The notes under the pieces: model-generated
The model's input: the letters and a program-made list of their open reading frames with translations, nothing else
Database searches by the model: none
What the model was told of the DNA's origin: nothing
Assembly (NCBI GenBank): GCA_038087875.1
Contig: CM075992.1
Coordinates: 5,706,001-5,766,000, forward strand
From: Malacoraja senta
Taxonomy: Eukaryota
DNA length: 60,000 nucleotides
Direction: 5' to 3'
Made by a program: the position numbers and the translations under genes
In this document: positions 35,865 to 47,645 of the stretch, piece after piece
How positions within the stretch are numbered: the stretch's first letter is position 1
Layout of the letters: each line of letters opens with the position of its first letter

Positions 35865-36030
35865 TGTGACCAAGATGTGGAGGAGGTTTGTTTCCCTCCC
35901 TCGGCTTTGATGGCTCCTGGCGCATTGAAGGACTAAACGGCTCATTTCTGATTACGGGTGAAGAGTGACTCTTCTCTTCTTTCACGTGCACCATCGGTTG
36001 CGACTGTACTATTGACGGTGTTCGGGGTTC
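35865..36030 (-). CDS. BRD4: BRD4 exon (166 nt)
   Basis: ttgcag|GAA...CAC A|gtaagt; [40 protein letters not shown]... Confidence 0.93.
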
Positions 36031-37446
36031 CTGCAAGAGAATAAATATTTCTCAGACCATAGCAATCCAAATTAGACTGTTGAGATAAAAGTATCCAAGC
36101 TACTGTGAATCAGTGGAGTTTCCATTCATGCTACACTAATATACACCCATAGCAAAACGAACGCAAGTAAACAGCAGAATCAAACAGAAAAGGGCACCGT
36201 CTGGCAGGTTAGTGTGGACGAATACTGTAGTCTACATGCTGGAAACAAATCAGGTCAGGCACCTTCTTAGAAAAGATAAACATTTAAGGACAGAGACCTT
36301 TCGCTCTGAGTAGTCAGGTTCACTGCATTTTTCTGAAACACAATAGTTGCGTCAGTTCCAAGCAAGTTTGCAAAGATTGCTCCATGCATCGGAAATCTGT
36401 GCCCATTTCTGACAGGGAAGATTTTCCCAGGCTCAGAGGGGAGGAAGATTTAGAGGACAAGTCACAACAGGCCTTGTACAAAGCTGGAGAATTAGTATGC
36501 AGAGAAACTAAACTGCCCAGATTATATGCACTCAAAGTAAAATAGGTCAGTGTTCATTTCTCTACAGTGTTGATGCCCAAATACCATAACTATGCATGAG
36601 AATGATAGTTTTAGCTCATTACTATATAATTAGTTTCATGTTAATGGATAGGTTTAGAATTTCAGGGTCATGATAACTTTCACAAAACTTCAATTTGCCT
36701 CAAATAAACTCTCAACTGGAATCCCTGTTAAATGAGAGGTTGCCTGCAAAGTGTATTGTGCAAACTCATACGTACAATTACACCAAATTTAACAAAGATT
36801 GAATGCACTTTCCTGTCGATTACTTGAATTTGCCTCTGATAGAGGCTTCATTATCAAAGAACAGCTTTAGGAAAAATGCAGGTGAAGTTGCACAGGGCAC
36901 GTGAGAGCAAGAGAAAAAATAACTTTTAAAGGAATGAGTCAATTTCCAGAACAACCATTCAATTGGTTCGATTCTTGTTGCTGAATTTGACAAGCTGAAT
37001 CCATTGAACTATTGACAAGCTTAAATTCATTATATTGTGACTGTTGCTGTACCAAACATTCATTATATAAAGTGTGAGAACATTCTTCATGAACAATGCT
37101 TCTCAAAGATTCCATGATTAGGACAATAAGTGAAATTGTAAAGGCATCTGGCTTGATCTCAAGTCTATGACGATCTCAACACAAATAGTGACAGGAGAAT
37201 TAAAACTGGACAAAGTTCCTGCTCTTCATCGCTAGCCACTGAACCTTCATGCAAGTCTAAGTGTGCGTAGACAGATTATTAGTATCGTTTTTTTGAAATG
37301 CCCAGCAAAGTTCACTTTATTAGATGCATATTTTTAACCAAATGTCTTTTCACCATGTCCTGCAAACACTAATCTTTTTGTAGATGCTGATTTAAAGGCT
37401 CCCAAGGAAGGTGCACAGAAAACTCAAAAATATTTGTGCCTTTGGA

Positions 37447-39079
37447 CAGGCATGTTATTCACCTCCAGAAAAAAAGTGGGAAGTATTGGCCAGGGGTCCT
37501 AGAGGCCGGCTAGGCCCCCGGCGGGGTCCAGGGGTGGGGGTTCAGGGGGCTCCTGCATTTTCAATAAATTGAAAGTAATTCCTAAGCTTTCTGCTGGTAG
37601 TTTACTTAACAGACGCTTAGAATTTTTTTCTAACACATAACCAGTAAAATCACCCCCAAAAGATAAATATTTCATGAAATAATTGACTTCTTTAAAAAGC
37701 AAAAAAAAAGCGTTACAAAAAAATGTTACCCTGAATTTCTAAATGAGCTATTTGTAGAGATGCCAAAAGAACACAAAAGTAAAACCTACACATCACCTTA
37801 GAAAGGTACCATCTCAAGGCGTAATTATGCACAATACTGCAAGGCAGTTAACTGTCAATACACTGATGTCACATTCTACAACGCTAAGGTAGAACACTAA
37901 AAACCCTGTCAACAACAATGAAAACAAATATTCCCTAATATAAACAGAAAATCACCAGAAAGGGGGTAGTCGCTGCCCCGGCCCTACCTCCCGGGCAGCG
38001 GCTACAGAGCCCTAGTGAGACCACACCTGGAGTATTGTGTGCAGTTTTGGTCCCCTAATTTGAGGAAGGACATTCTTGCTGTTGAGGGAGTGCAGCGTAG
38101 GTTTACAAGGTTAATTCCTGGGATGGCAAGACTGTCATATGCTGAGAGAATGGAGCGGCCGAGCTTGTATACTCTGGAGTTTAGAAGGACGAGAGGCGAT
38201 ATTATTGAAACATATAAGATTGTTAAGGGTTTGGACACGCTAGAGGCGGGAAACATGTTCCCGATGTTGGGGGAGTCCAGAATCAGGGGCCACAGTTTAA
38301 GAATGAGTAAGCCATTTAGAACGGAGATGAGGAAACACTTTTTCTCACAGAGAGTGGTGAGTCTGTGGAATTCTCTGCCTCAGAGGGCGGTGGAGGCAGG
38401 TTCTCTGGATGCTTTCAAGAGAAAGCTAGATAGGGCTCTTAAAAATAGCGTAGTCAGGGGATATGGGGAGAAGGCAGGAACGGGGTACTGATTGGGGATG
38501 ATTAGCCATGATCACATTGAATGGCTCGAAGGGACGAATGGCCTACTCCTACACCTGTTGTCTATTGTCTATCCCTCTAACGCCCACTATCATCGCCGGT
38601 AACATTCCCTTTCCAGTCGCAGCTCCATATGGGAAACACAAAACACTGTTGTGTTAATTTATTTATTTTCCCCACAAGAGAGGAAGGGGTCAATGCGCCG
38701 CAGGCATCACCCCCGTCTTAGCTGTCCGGGCGTCCTGGTCACCCGAGCCCGCGTCTTATCCGCTCCGGTTCCCTCCGACAAACGGGCACCGTCACAGCTC
38801 GCACGGTGCCGCCGGGCTGATCTCAGCTGCAACCAAAGAGCGTTGTTGTGTTCCCCCCCCCCCCCCCGCTATTGGCTGATCTTGCTGACTTCCATCATGA
38901 ATCACAAGCTTGCCTGCCTCCAGACCAGTACCTCCACTGACTCATCTTCCCTCACCCTTTTATTTTACGATCTTGCCAACTGTGTCAAAATCGGGCGCAA
39001 ATAATTGAAAAATCTGATTAATTGTTAGGAAAAAAAAAAAATTGGAATTCCAATTTAAATCAGGAGAATATCATGCCTG
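37447..39079. mobile_element. Non-autonomous TIR DNA transposon with a 6-bp TSD, containing a nested CR1
   Basis: TIRs caggcatgttattcacct and aggagaatatcatgcctg (16/18 match); tttgga at 37441-37446 and 39080-39085. Confidence 0.75.
38003..38571 (+). mobile_element. Young CR1 LINE 3' fragment
   Basis: Open frame RPHLEYCVQFWSP...LAVEGVQRRFTRLIPG...RGHSL...FFSQRVVSLWNSLP; tail tctattgtctat. Confidence 0.92.
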
Positions 39080-39129
39080 TTTGGAATCGACTATGCTTTG
39101 CTCCATTATATGGAAAATATGTTTTTTAC

Positions 39130-39236
39130 CTGTTTTTTAGTCTGTACATTTCTTGGTGGTGACTGGACAAGGGATGGAAATTGTGGCAGTGGTGGGGAAT
39201 GCATCAGGAGCGGAGAAGACACATCTGCCATATGAG
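39130..39236 (-). CDS. BRD4: BRD4 exon (107 nt)
   Basis: ttctcag|CT...CAG|gtaaa; HMADVSSPLLMHSPPLPQFPSLVQSPPRNVQTKKQ. Confidence 0.9.
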
Positions 39237-39429
39237 CTGAGAAAAGCAAGCAAGAAAAATTAAAACCACAATTTTCCACCAAAGGAAATATAATCTAGCA
39301 CTTTTTGTACCTTCAGAATTTCCCAAGAACTTTGCAACTTAAAAAAAAAGTTGTCACTTTTTTTATGCACAGTTATTATGATGAGACATTTTTTCAAAGT
39401 AGTTAACGGGTAAATATTTACCAGAACAA

Positions 39430-39935
39430 TGGGCTTTTAAAAGGCCTAGATAGAGTGGACGTGGAAAGGATGTTTCCATTAGTGGGAGAGTGCAGAACCC
39501 GTGGGCAAAGCCTCGCAATAAAATCAAATTGGATTGATTAGTAGGACTGGATGTTACAATCCCTAAGGGTTTTCACTACAATTTACATTCTTGGGGATGA
39601 CCACTAGGTGATTTTGCTACCAATCAGACACATCTTCAATTGTGTACCTCAACGTCACTGGGAGAGTGCAGAACCCGTGGGCAAAGCCTCGCTATAAAAT
39701 CAAAATAAGTTTGGAATGAAGATGGAGGTATTTCTTTAGCCAGAAGGTGGTGAATCTGTGGAATTCATTGCCACAGACGCTGTGGAGGCCTCAATTGGGC
39801 CTTTCTAAAGCGGAGATTGATAGATTCTTGATTAGTAAAAGTGTCAAAGATTACAGGTAGAAGGGGTTGAGAGGGGAAAATAGATCGAATAGCGGAGACT
39901 CAATGGGCCGAATGGCCTAATTCTTTCTAATGCCT
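39430..39935 (+). mobile_element. Degenerate CR1 3' fragment with an internal duplication and filler
   Basis: KGLDRVDVERMFP..., FFSQKVVNLWNSLP and tail 'gggccgaatggcctaattct'. Confidence 0.75.
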
Positions 39936-40311
39936 TATTCTTCAAATTCTTCAATTTCTTCAAAACAGTATCAAGAAATCTTATGTTCATTTGAGTGAAA
40001 ATGGACTGCTTAGAAAATTATTGTTTAATGAGTTTATCAAAAGGTGCACCATTGATTTTTTTAACTTAAAATTGAACTATTATTTCAATGATTTTTTTTT
40101 TCATTTCAAATACTACTTTACGATTATGTAGTTAGGCTTGTTTTGGACCAAACATCCTTTAGTTTAAATTATTCTGAAAAATCTTCACGATTTGTAAAAT
40201 CTTGCTTAACAAAATATTTCCCAGGAATTCATCCCTTTTGTAAATCAAGGATTATTTGATTTGCTGCATAAATGACAGAGTAAGAGACGGATGTTTTTTA
40301 AAACTCCTTAC

Positions 40312-40893
40312 CTGTGGAGTAGGGATCAGGTTTTGGCTGCCGTGGAGAGTGGTGATGCTGAATGACTTGCTGGGGTTTCGCCTGCGGGGGAGGTTGGTGG
40401 GGAGGCTGCGGGTGCTGGATGTGTGGTGGAAACTGCATGGGCTGCATGTGAAGTGGCCTTGGCTGCTGCTGCTGCTGCTGTTGTTGTACCTGCTGTTGGG
40501 AGAGAGGCTGAGGCTGGGGATGTGGCACAGCCTGAGTGTGGGGTGGAGGTTGGGGCTGCGCGTGAGATACCTGGGGTTGGCTGAGGATCGTCTGGGGCAG
40601 AGGCTGGGGCAGGGACGCAGTCTGGACCGTGGAGAGAAGCGGGGTGTGACTCTGGGCCTTTTGCAGCTGCTGCAGATACAGGTGCATCTGAGAAGTATTT
40701 AGGGGGATCGAGAGATGAGATGGTAGTTCTTCCTCTTCTAGAATAGCTGGCGGCTGTGTCATCTGTGGGGGCTGTAATATAGGCTGTGGGACCATGGGCG
40801 GGGACTGTGCAAGAGGACGAGGCTGTTTGGGAGGTAATGGTGCCGCTTTACCACTGGGTCTGGATGGCTGTTGAGGCAGACTACTGTGCAAGG
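40312..40893 (-). CDS. BRD4: BRD4 exon (582 nt, P/Q-rich)
   Basis: ttttag|CC TTG CAC...ACA G|gtaag; [13 protein letters not shown]...[13 protein letters not shown]...[23 protein letters not shown]. Confidence 0.93.
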
Positions 40894-42337
40894 CTAAAAA
40901 AAAGAAAACAAAATTATATTTATAGCAGAACGTTGCAAGGTAAATATTGATATGTATAGCCAAACCGCACACCTATAGTCAGTTCTTAGATCACAAGGAA
41001 GTACAATGCTGGAATCGTAAGGAAAACACAATGTGTTGGAGTAACTCAGTGGATCAGGTAGCGTCTCTGGAGTGGATAAATAAATCACATTTTAGGTCAG
41101 GATGTCTGAAGAAGGGCCCCCACTCGAAAAAGAGTCCGAAGGAGAGTTCCAACCCGAGATATCGCCTATCCATGCCCTTTCATTTTTATTATTTATTGAA
41201 CTTTTTTTGTTGTCAATTTCTTGTGTTATCTATTGAATACTGCATTTACAAAGCTGTTATGGTGTTGATGCACGTAAGAATTTAATTGTTCTGTTTAAGG
41301 GTCATATAACAATAAAACACTCTTAAATGGAGCTCTCTTAATTGACTATCAGATGCCACCTAGCCTGCTGAATTATTCCAGTGCTTTTAATATAGACAGA
41401 AAGATACTGGTACTCATATAACAGTTCACGCAAAGCTATTGGCTGCTGTACATCAATCTACACTTTAAACTTTTTAGAGATGCTGGTATGCCATATAGTC
41501 ACTAAACAAAAAGCACTGCCTAGTCATCCTAGAGTGTCTTCATTTTCTCCTCTTATTATTTGCTCCCGAAATATTGGCACCTTCACTTTTCAATTTTAAA
41601 ACTGTATTCCAATCATTGACACTATTTCACCACAAGTCAAGAATGATTTCTTGACCAGCACAAAATGTACCCATCACCAGCAGTACACATCCCCATCCCC
41701 ACCCCCTCACCCCAACGTCTGCAATCAAATGTTTGGAAGGTGGCACACACCATTTGCATTTCCTCAACCATTTTACACATCCTGACAAAACTCAGCCCTT
41801 TTTAATCAACTATGGGTTTTCTCTTTATTTGCTGAAAGGTTTTCCATCATTACCACTCCATCCATTTTGCAAGCCACATCAACAGCAGAATCAAACATTA
41901 ATAAGCACATCTCTTCATGCGTTTGGGAATTCGGCTGGTCTTGGTGAATGGCAATGAGATGCAGCAGGATGGTAGACAGAAGGTAAGGATGGAGGTCCAA
42001 TATTATGGTAACATTTATTCAATACACTGGTGGAAACCACAAGATACTTTAAACCTTGTGATCTTCCAAGCAGAGTACACGGTATAAAGATTAAGACAAA
42101 AAACTAGATGCTGAAATCTTAAGAAAAAATCAAATGCTTTTGGCACTCAGTAGATCAGGCAGCATTCCCTTTTGACCAGTTGGATTCCTCCAGCACTGTG
42201 TGTTTTACTCAGAAGAAAAATTACCCAGCATATCATTTCAGTGAAATCTAGAGGAAAAATTAATATATTCTATACAATTTCCAAAAGGTTTCTCAGGTGC
42301 TAGACCTCACTAAAAGGCGGTGATGCTAGCCACACAC

Positions 42338-42578
42338 CTGGTGGAGACACCACTGAATGTTGGGTGAGGTGAGGGGGCGAATGCTGTTCGGGTGGTGGCG
42401 GCAAATGCGTCTGCAGCTCGCTTTGGTGAGGAAGGTGCATTATGGGCTGTCCAAAGTGCGGCATTGCATCATAGGCATTGGTCAATATCTGTGGCTCCAT
42501 GATTGGAAGGGGAGTAGGTACAAACTGTGGAGGTGATTGCGTCATCGGCTGTGGAAGCTGATGGTGGTGGTGATGTTG
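42338..42578 (-). CDS. BRD4: BRD4 exon (241 nt, His tract)
   Basis: ctgcag|CAA CAT CAC...CCA G|gtgtg; QHHHHHQLPQP...PPHLTQHSVVSPP. Confidence 0.9.
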
Positions 42579-44952
42579 CTGCAGAGAAAAAGATAAAAAT
42601 TCATTAAAGTTAAGTTTTTGTCTTAAAAAACACATGTTATTTTAATGTATGCATTTGGATTTATGCTGTATGCATTTTCCTAACATTTCTTTTCTAATTT
42701 CCTTGCCAATTTTCTCTCGAACCTTCCAATATTTGGAACTAATTTTCACCCAGTCCACAGAGCCAGTTGTCGGCACGTTCAAGTGATCCAGAAAGCACAA
42801 CCTCACTCCAGTTTTTCCAACTCGTCAAGCTTTTAAAGTAGATAGAACTGGCCTCCATCTTCATAACTAAAATATTGAACCGGGAATGACCATAAGCCCG
42901 AAGAATCAGATTGACTTCTACCCAATTCTAACAGCCTAGTGCAAAATACTATTCCACAACTTTACATGGTCAGACCATTGTGAACTGCATGCTGAGACAT
43001 TGCTATTGACAGAATTGACAGAATTATATTGGAAAAGCCTTTGACAGAATTATATTGGAAAAGCAGTCTGAAACTCAGTTATAAAAATTAACTAGAACTT
43101 GAGCCACTGTGACAATGACATTAATTTTCTCCCTTCTGGTCTTGGATGTCGTGAGAAGAGAGAAAATTATATCTGAGTTTATGTTCTTAATCAACATCCT
43201 TCAGGAAAGAGGAAGGGAAAATTTGTTAGGTTGGGAAGGAAAGAAGCTGTTGACTCAGTAGAGAAGACTCTTAACACCTGTCCAACGTAAGAATCATTAA
43301 GGAACATGCAAAATAATATTTAGCTGTGCTATTATTTCCAGTCAATCCATCTCACCACTCTTCAATCAAAGTACCAATTGGACAGGTCTTGCACAGCCAA
43401 CACTAAATGAAACGTTCCTAAGTTCAGGAGCACAGAGAACCACTCATTAGCTAGCAGTTTCTGCCAGTCTGTTGAATTTCCTACAGCAATGAATGAACTG
43501 CACGGGATCGAAATGTCAGGAGTTTGTGAGACACTCGTGCAGTAATAAAATCATTCTTAAGAAGAAAAAAGAAGGAGCACCTAGCTCTCAGTCGAGTAGA
43601 CTGGAAATATTAAGGTATTGAACTTGTATTATAATGGAACTTTTAAAATCAAGCCTTTACAATACATGTTGTGGATACAATACATTCCACCAGATCTGTG
43701 TCCTCTACAATGATAACTACAGGAGTGATTCTTAACTTTGTGCACAGAAGATGTAGTAGTGATCACATTAGGCAGTTTAAAAATGTTAGAAGAATTTCAT
43801 AAGGTAAATATAGAGAAGTAATTCTGCTGCAGTAATCAAGAACCAGGAGGTATTTGTTAACAATGAAAGCGAGGCCATTTCAGAGATATTTTTAAAGGAC
43901 TGCTAAAACTAGTAACCGCTTCCCCTAAAGACTTCTGGGGAGGGGGTGGACTTAGAGCTCTGGGGACTAAGAATAACAATGGTTAATTGTGGATTAGAGC
44001 AATAAGAAAATGTCTAAGCAAACAATTGCTATTCTGACCTAAATAAATGTCAGCACAAAAGAATGCAAGCAATGCAATTTCAAAAGTTCTGAATTATGGA
44101 TTTTGGCTAGAATTGAAAAAATGCCATGTGGTGAAAACTTGGGATATCTCAAACATGTTTATTTGAAGCTTTATTTGGAAAGTTAACATTTATTGAGCTT
44201 CACCTTTGGCCATGGTACAAATAGCAAACACTTTCTTATTTTGTACACTTCTCAGCAAATTATCATTCATTTCAATTTTTTGCTATTTTTTCATTTGGAG
44301 GGAGACAACTTTCTTCCTCCCAAATACAAAACTGCACTTTCAGCCCAGTGTTTTCCATTATTTTCTACCACATTTAGTTTCTGCATCATTAATGGCTCAA
44401 GCTAAAAAAAAAGTTGACAATCAGTTCAAAAGGACATCAAGAAGAACTGAGTGGTGTATAGGAAGGAATGAAGGAATCTCCAGTAAAACATATGCTAATT
44501 AGCCAAGCAGAGGTTGCTGAGATTATGGGCAGCTTCTGGGAGAAATGTATCTGGGAACTTTCAAGGTCTCGAGCTGTGCAGCTATTTCCTGTTAGTAAAA
44601 AGTTACAAACCTTCTTATTGTTACTTAGGCAGAAAGGCAAATGGCTGGATCATGCTCTTAATGCCCTCCATCCAGACATATATCAACACAAAACACTTTT
44701 CAGGAAACTTGCAAATACAGTTTTAAAATAAATTAAGTTGTGTTGGTTGGTTGTCTTTCAAATAAAACAGGTCAAGGTTGCAGAATCATTAACATGCTGG
44801 GACAGGAGAGGTGGAGGAAAGAAATACCAGAGGAAAGGATTCCAAAATATGTTTAGTTTCTTTTAAGCGGCAAATGAAGAAATGCTCAAAACCCAAGCCA
44901 CCCCCACCAGTAAACAAACAGCACAGTGTCTCAGACCAATGTTCATTCCTAC

Positions 44953-45014
44953 CTTCTTTTGCTCCCGTCCAGAGCGACTCTTGTGGCTGCCATGTTTGGT
45001 TTTAGGTGGCACCT
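44953..45014 (-). CDS. BRD4: BRD4 exon (62 nt; first long-isoform-specific exon)
   Basis: ttctgcag|AG GTG...AAG AAG|gtagg; EVPPKTKHGSHKSRSGREQKK, whose GREQKK end matches BRD4; phases fit the next exon. Confidence 0.85.
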
Positions 45015-46322
45015 CTGCAGAAGAGAGTTGAAATTGAGATGTGCTGCCTGATGGACAACTAAATCTAAACTATACTATACACACAAGAGCTCCAGGTGAT
45101 GATTTAAAAAACTCTAACAGAGGACCTCCTTGCAGCAAAGCACGACAGGAGTTGTGTATGCAACAATATAAATCTATAGGTTTTTGTTGCAGATTGTGAG
45201 TTGTATTTTTCAAACCGCTGTTGGTTAAGTATTTTCATCTATTTCCTTTGTTTTATCATCTTTTCATCTGCACCCCAAAAGAGAGGCATATGATATCCTA
45301 TTAACTACCAGTTTTTGACCAGTTGAAGATTTTACCAGGAGATCCGTATTATGTTTCCATACCCTTGCACATTCATTTCCAGTTTGTCCACAGCATTTCA
45401 CTGGAGACAATTATCCGATCACAGAAATGGCTACAATTGAAGATTGAATTTGTACTTCTTGATCAAGTATATCCTTGTCATTTGATGGTGCCCCTGCCCC
45501 TGCAGAATAAAGTCATCTATATCTCCATTAATCACAGGCAACTCATTTCTAGGTTGTTTAAACTAATGGCACAGAGTGGATCATAGTGGTTCATCTGCCA
45601 TTTCCCCCCTACAATGAGGAACTGGTTGGTTTCAAACAACATGCATCTTTTGTTCAATAGATGTTCTGTAATAGGACGAGCCTACTGCCCCATGCCTTTA
45701 AGTTTGACTTACCCCGTCACCTTAACCCCCACTGAAACTAAATCAAGCTAAAGCTGGCAATTATACAACTTCAATTCACAACATGAACAGTATTTTATAA
45801 GAGCATGAAATAGGCATTAAGGCACTGTATCTGGTTAACTATATTTTTCATTGCTTCCTTCCAGATGCTGATCAAATGAATAAAAAGACCATTTTTCAAA
45901 TGCTATGCAAAAGTTAATGTCCCTTGGTACATTACTGTTTATTTAATATTTCCATTAACAATGTATGTATTACATCATATTGCACTGCAGATTAATAGAA
46001 TCACAATTAAACCAATTGCTTGGATCACATCACAGGTTTCAAGTGCAAACTCAATTTATATTGTATACAGAAGGTTGTCCCACAGGGGTTAAAGCAGTCC
46101 CCAGAAGTTTACAATAGTAAAGTTGATGCTGATAAGACATGGGTTCTTTATTTCCACCATTGCCTCCCTAATGATCCTGTCTGCACAGGGGCACCAAGCT
46201 TTATACATTACGCAGCAAAGATGATGGTTTAATAATTCCGCGGCAATATATAGCACATTGCAAAGCAGTTATACTTAAAATATGATGAAAAGATATGCAA
46301 AGCTTTTACATTATGACAACTG

Positions 46323-46324
<2 letters not shown>

Positions 46325-46362
<38 letters not shown>
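46325..46362. repeat. (TA)n microsatellite
   Basis: About 19 TA units. Confidence 0.95.
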
Positions 46363-46365
<3 letters not shown>

Positions 46366-47645
46366 CAAGGGGGACCCGTCCCTTCAACGAGCGGTTGCCC
46401 GGGGGGGGGGGGGGGGGGGGGGGGGGGGCCTTCGGCGTCACACATACACACTAACCACCCCCACACACACATTAACATCCCCCCCTTGGTATTATATTAA
46501 TAATTTGCTCCTTTTACCCCATCCCTCGCCCTATCCACTCACGCATAACCCCCAACTGCGCAGGCGCGGCTAGAGTTGGGGGGTGGAGGTAGAGAGGGAG
46601 AGGGAAGGGGTAGAGATTGAGGAGTGGGGGTGGGTGGTGCGGCGTCACAGGGGAGGGCTGGTTCCCGAACGCAATACTCCACCACTCACCCATAGGCCCC
46701 AATATTCACCACTCCCTAGGAGGGGGGTGGGGCAGAGGGAGGGGGGGGGCTGAGTGGGAGGAAGGGGCAGAGAGGGATAGGGGGCAGAAAGGGGAGGGGC
46801 AGAGAGGGATAGGGGGCAGAGAGGGGGGGCAGAGAGGAAGTGCCCCCAACCCCCTCTACTACCCCTCCCTCTTCTCCCCTCCCTCCACCTCCCCTCTCTC
46901 TCTCTGCCCCAGGGAGGGGATAGAGAGGGAGAGGGAGGGGGAAGGGGTAGAGGCAGCACCTACCCAGGTCGTAGAGCACAAGCCTCCCCACCAGGCGCCG
47001 GACCCGAGCTAGGCTGCGGCCGGCATGGACCAGAGAGAGGTCCCGAGCGATCTGAGAATGGTCAAAAGCAGCGGAGGGCCGGCTGATCGTGGCTTCCACG
47101 AGGGTAAGCCCACCCACCAGCGTGACAGACGATCGGGCGGGGGAGACGGAGAGGTCGTCCCCTGTGACGGCCACTTTTCCACTGTGCTTGTCCGCGCACA
47201 CTCTGCGATAACGGCCGCCGCCGCCGCCATGTTGTAGAACTTCAAGGAGCCCAGCGGAGCGTGCAGCACGACTTGAGCACGTGTTCAACGGCTTCAATCC
47301 AGAGCCCGGGGGGAGGGGGAGGGCGGCTGGGCCATGTAACTCACAGCTCGTGGAAAACAGTGGGGCTGCGCGTTGAAAATTCTGCGCAGCTTGCCGTGAG
47401 GAGCAGAGGCATTGTGACGTCACCCATTTCAGATTGGTGAACAATTTGAGTAAAAAACTCAGGAAATAATGAATCAAATTTTCAGATGAGGGGGTTTTTT
47501 AAACCATGAGGTAAATCTCCACCGGAATATGTAAAAATTTCACCGTTGCCGCGTCGGGTTTTCGAGGAGATGTGAATCAAAGAAAAAGTTTAAGCAAGCA
47601 CACACACAAGTAAACATCCAAGATCAAGATCTATAATAATATAGA
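46361..47645 (-). mobile_element. Probable non-autonomous Helitron-like element with a GC/purine-rich interior
   Basis: Minus strand begins A|TCTATATTATTATAGATC and ends ...gacgggtcccccttggtCTA next to (TA)n; no TIR or TSD; sharp composition shift at both ends. Confidence 0.5.

Noticed and set aside
43015..43064. 24-bp tandem duplication ttgacagaattatattggaaaagc
   Set aside because: A simple local slippage duplication in an intron with no sign of function.
46716..47477. 253-aa minus-strand ORF and overlapping ORFs
   Set aside because: A by-product of stop-poor GC-rich low-complexity sequence in a probable transposon; no recognisable domain.
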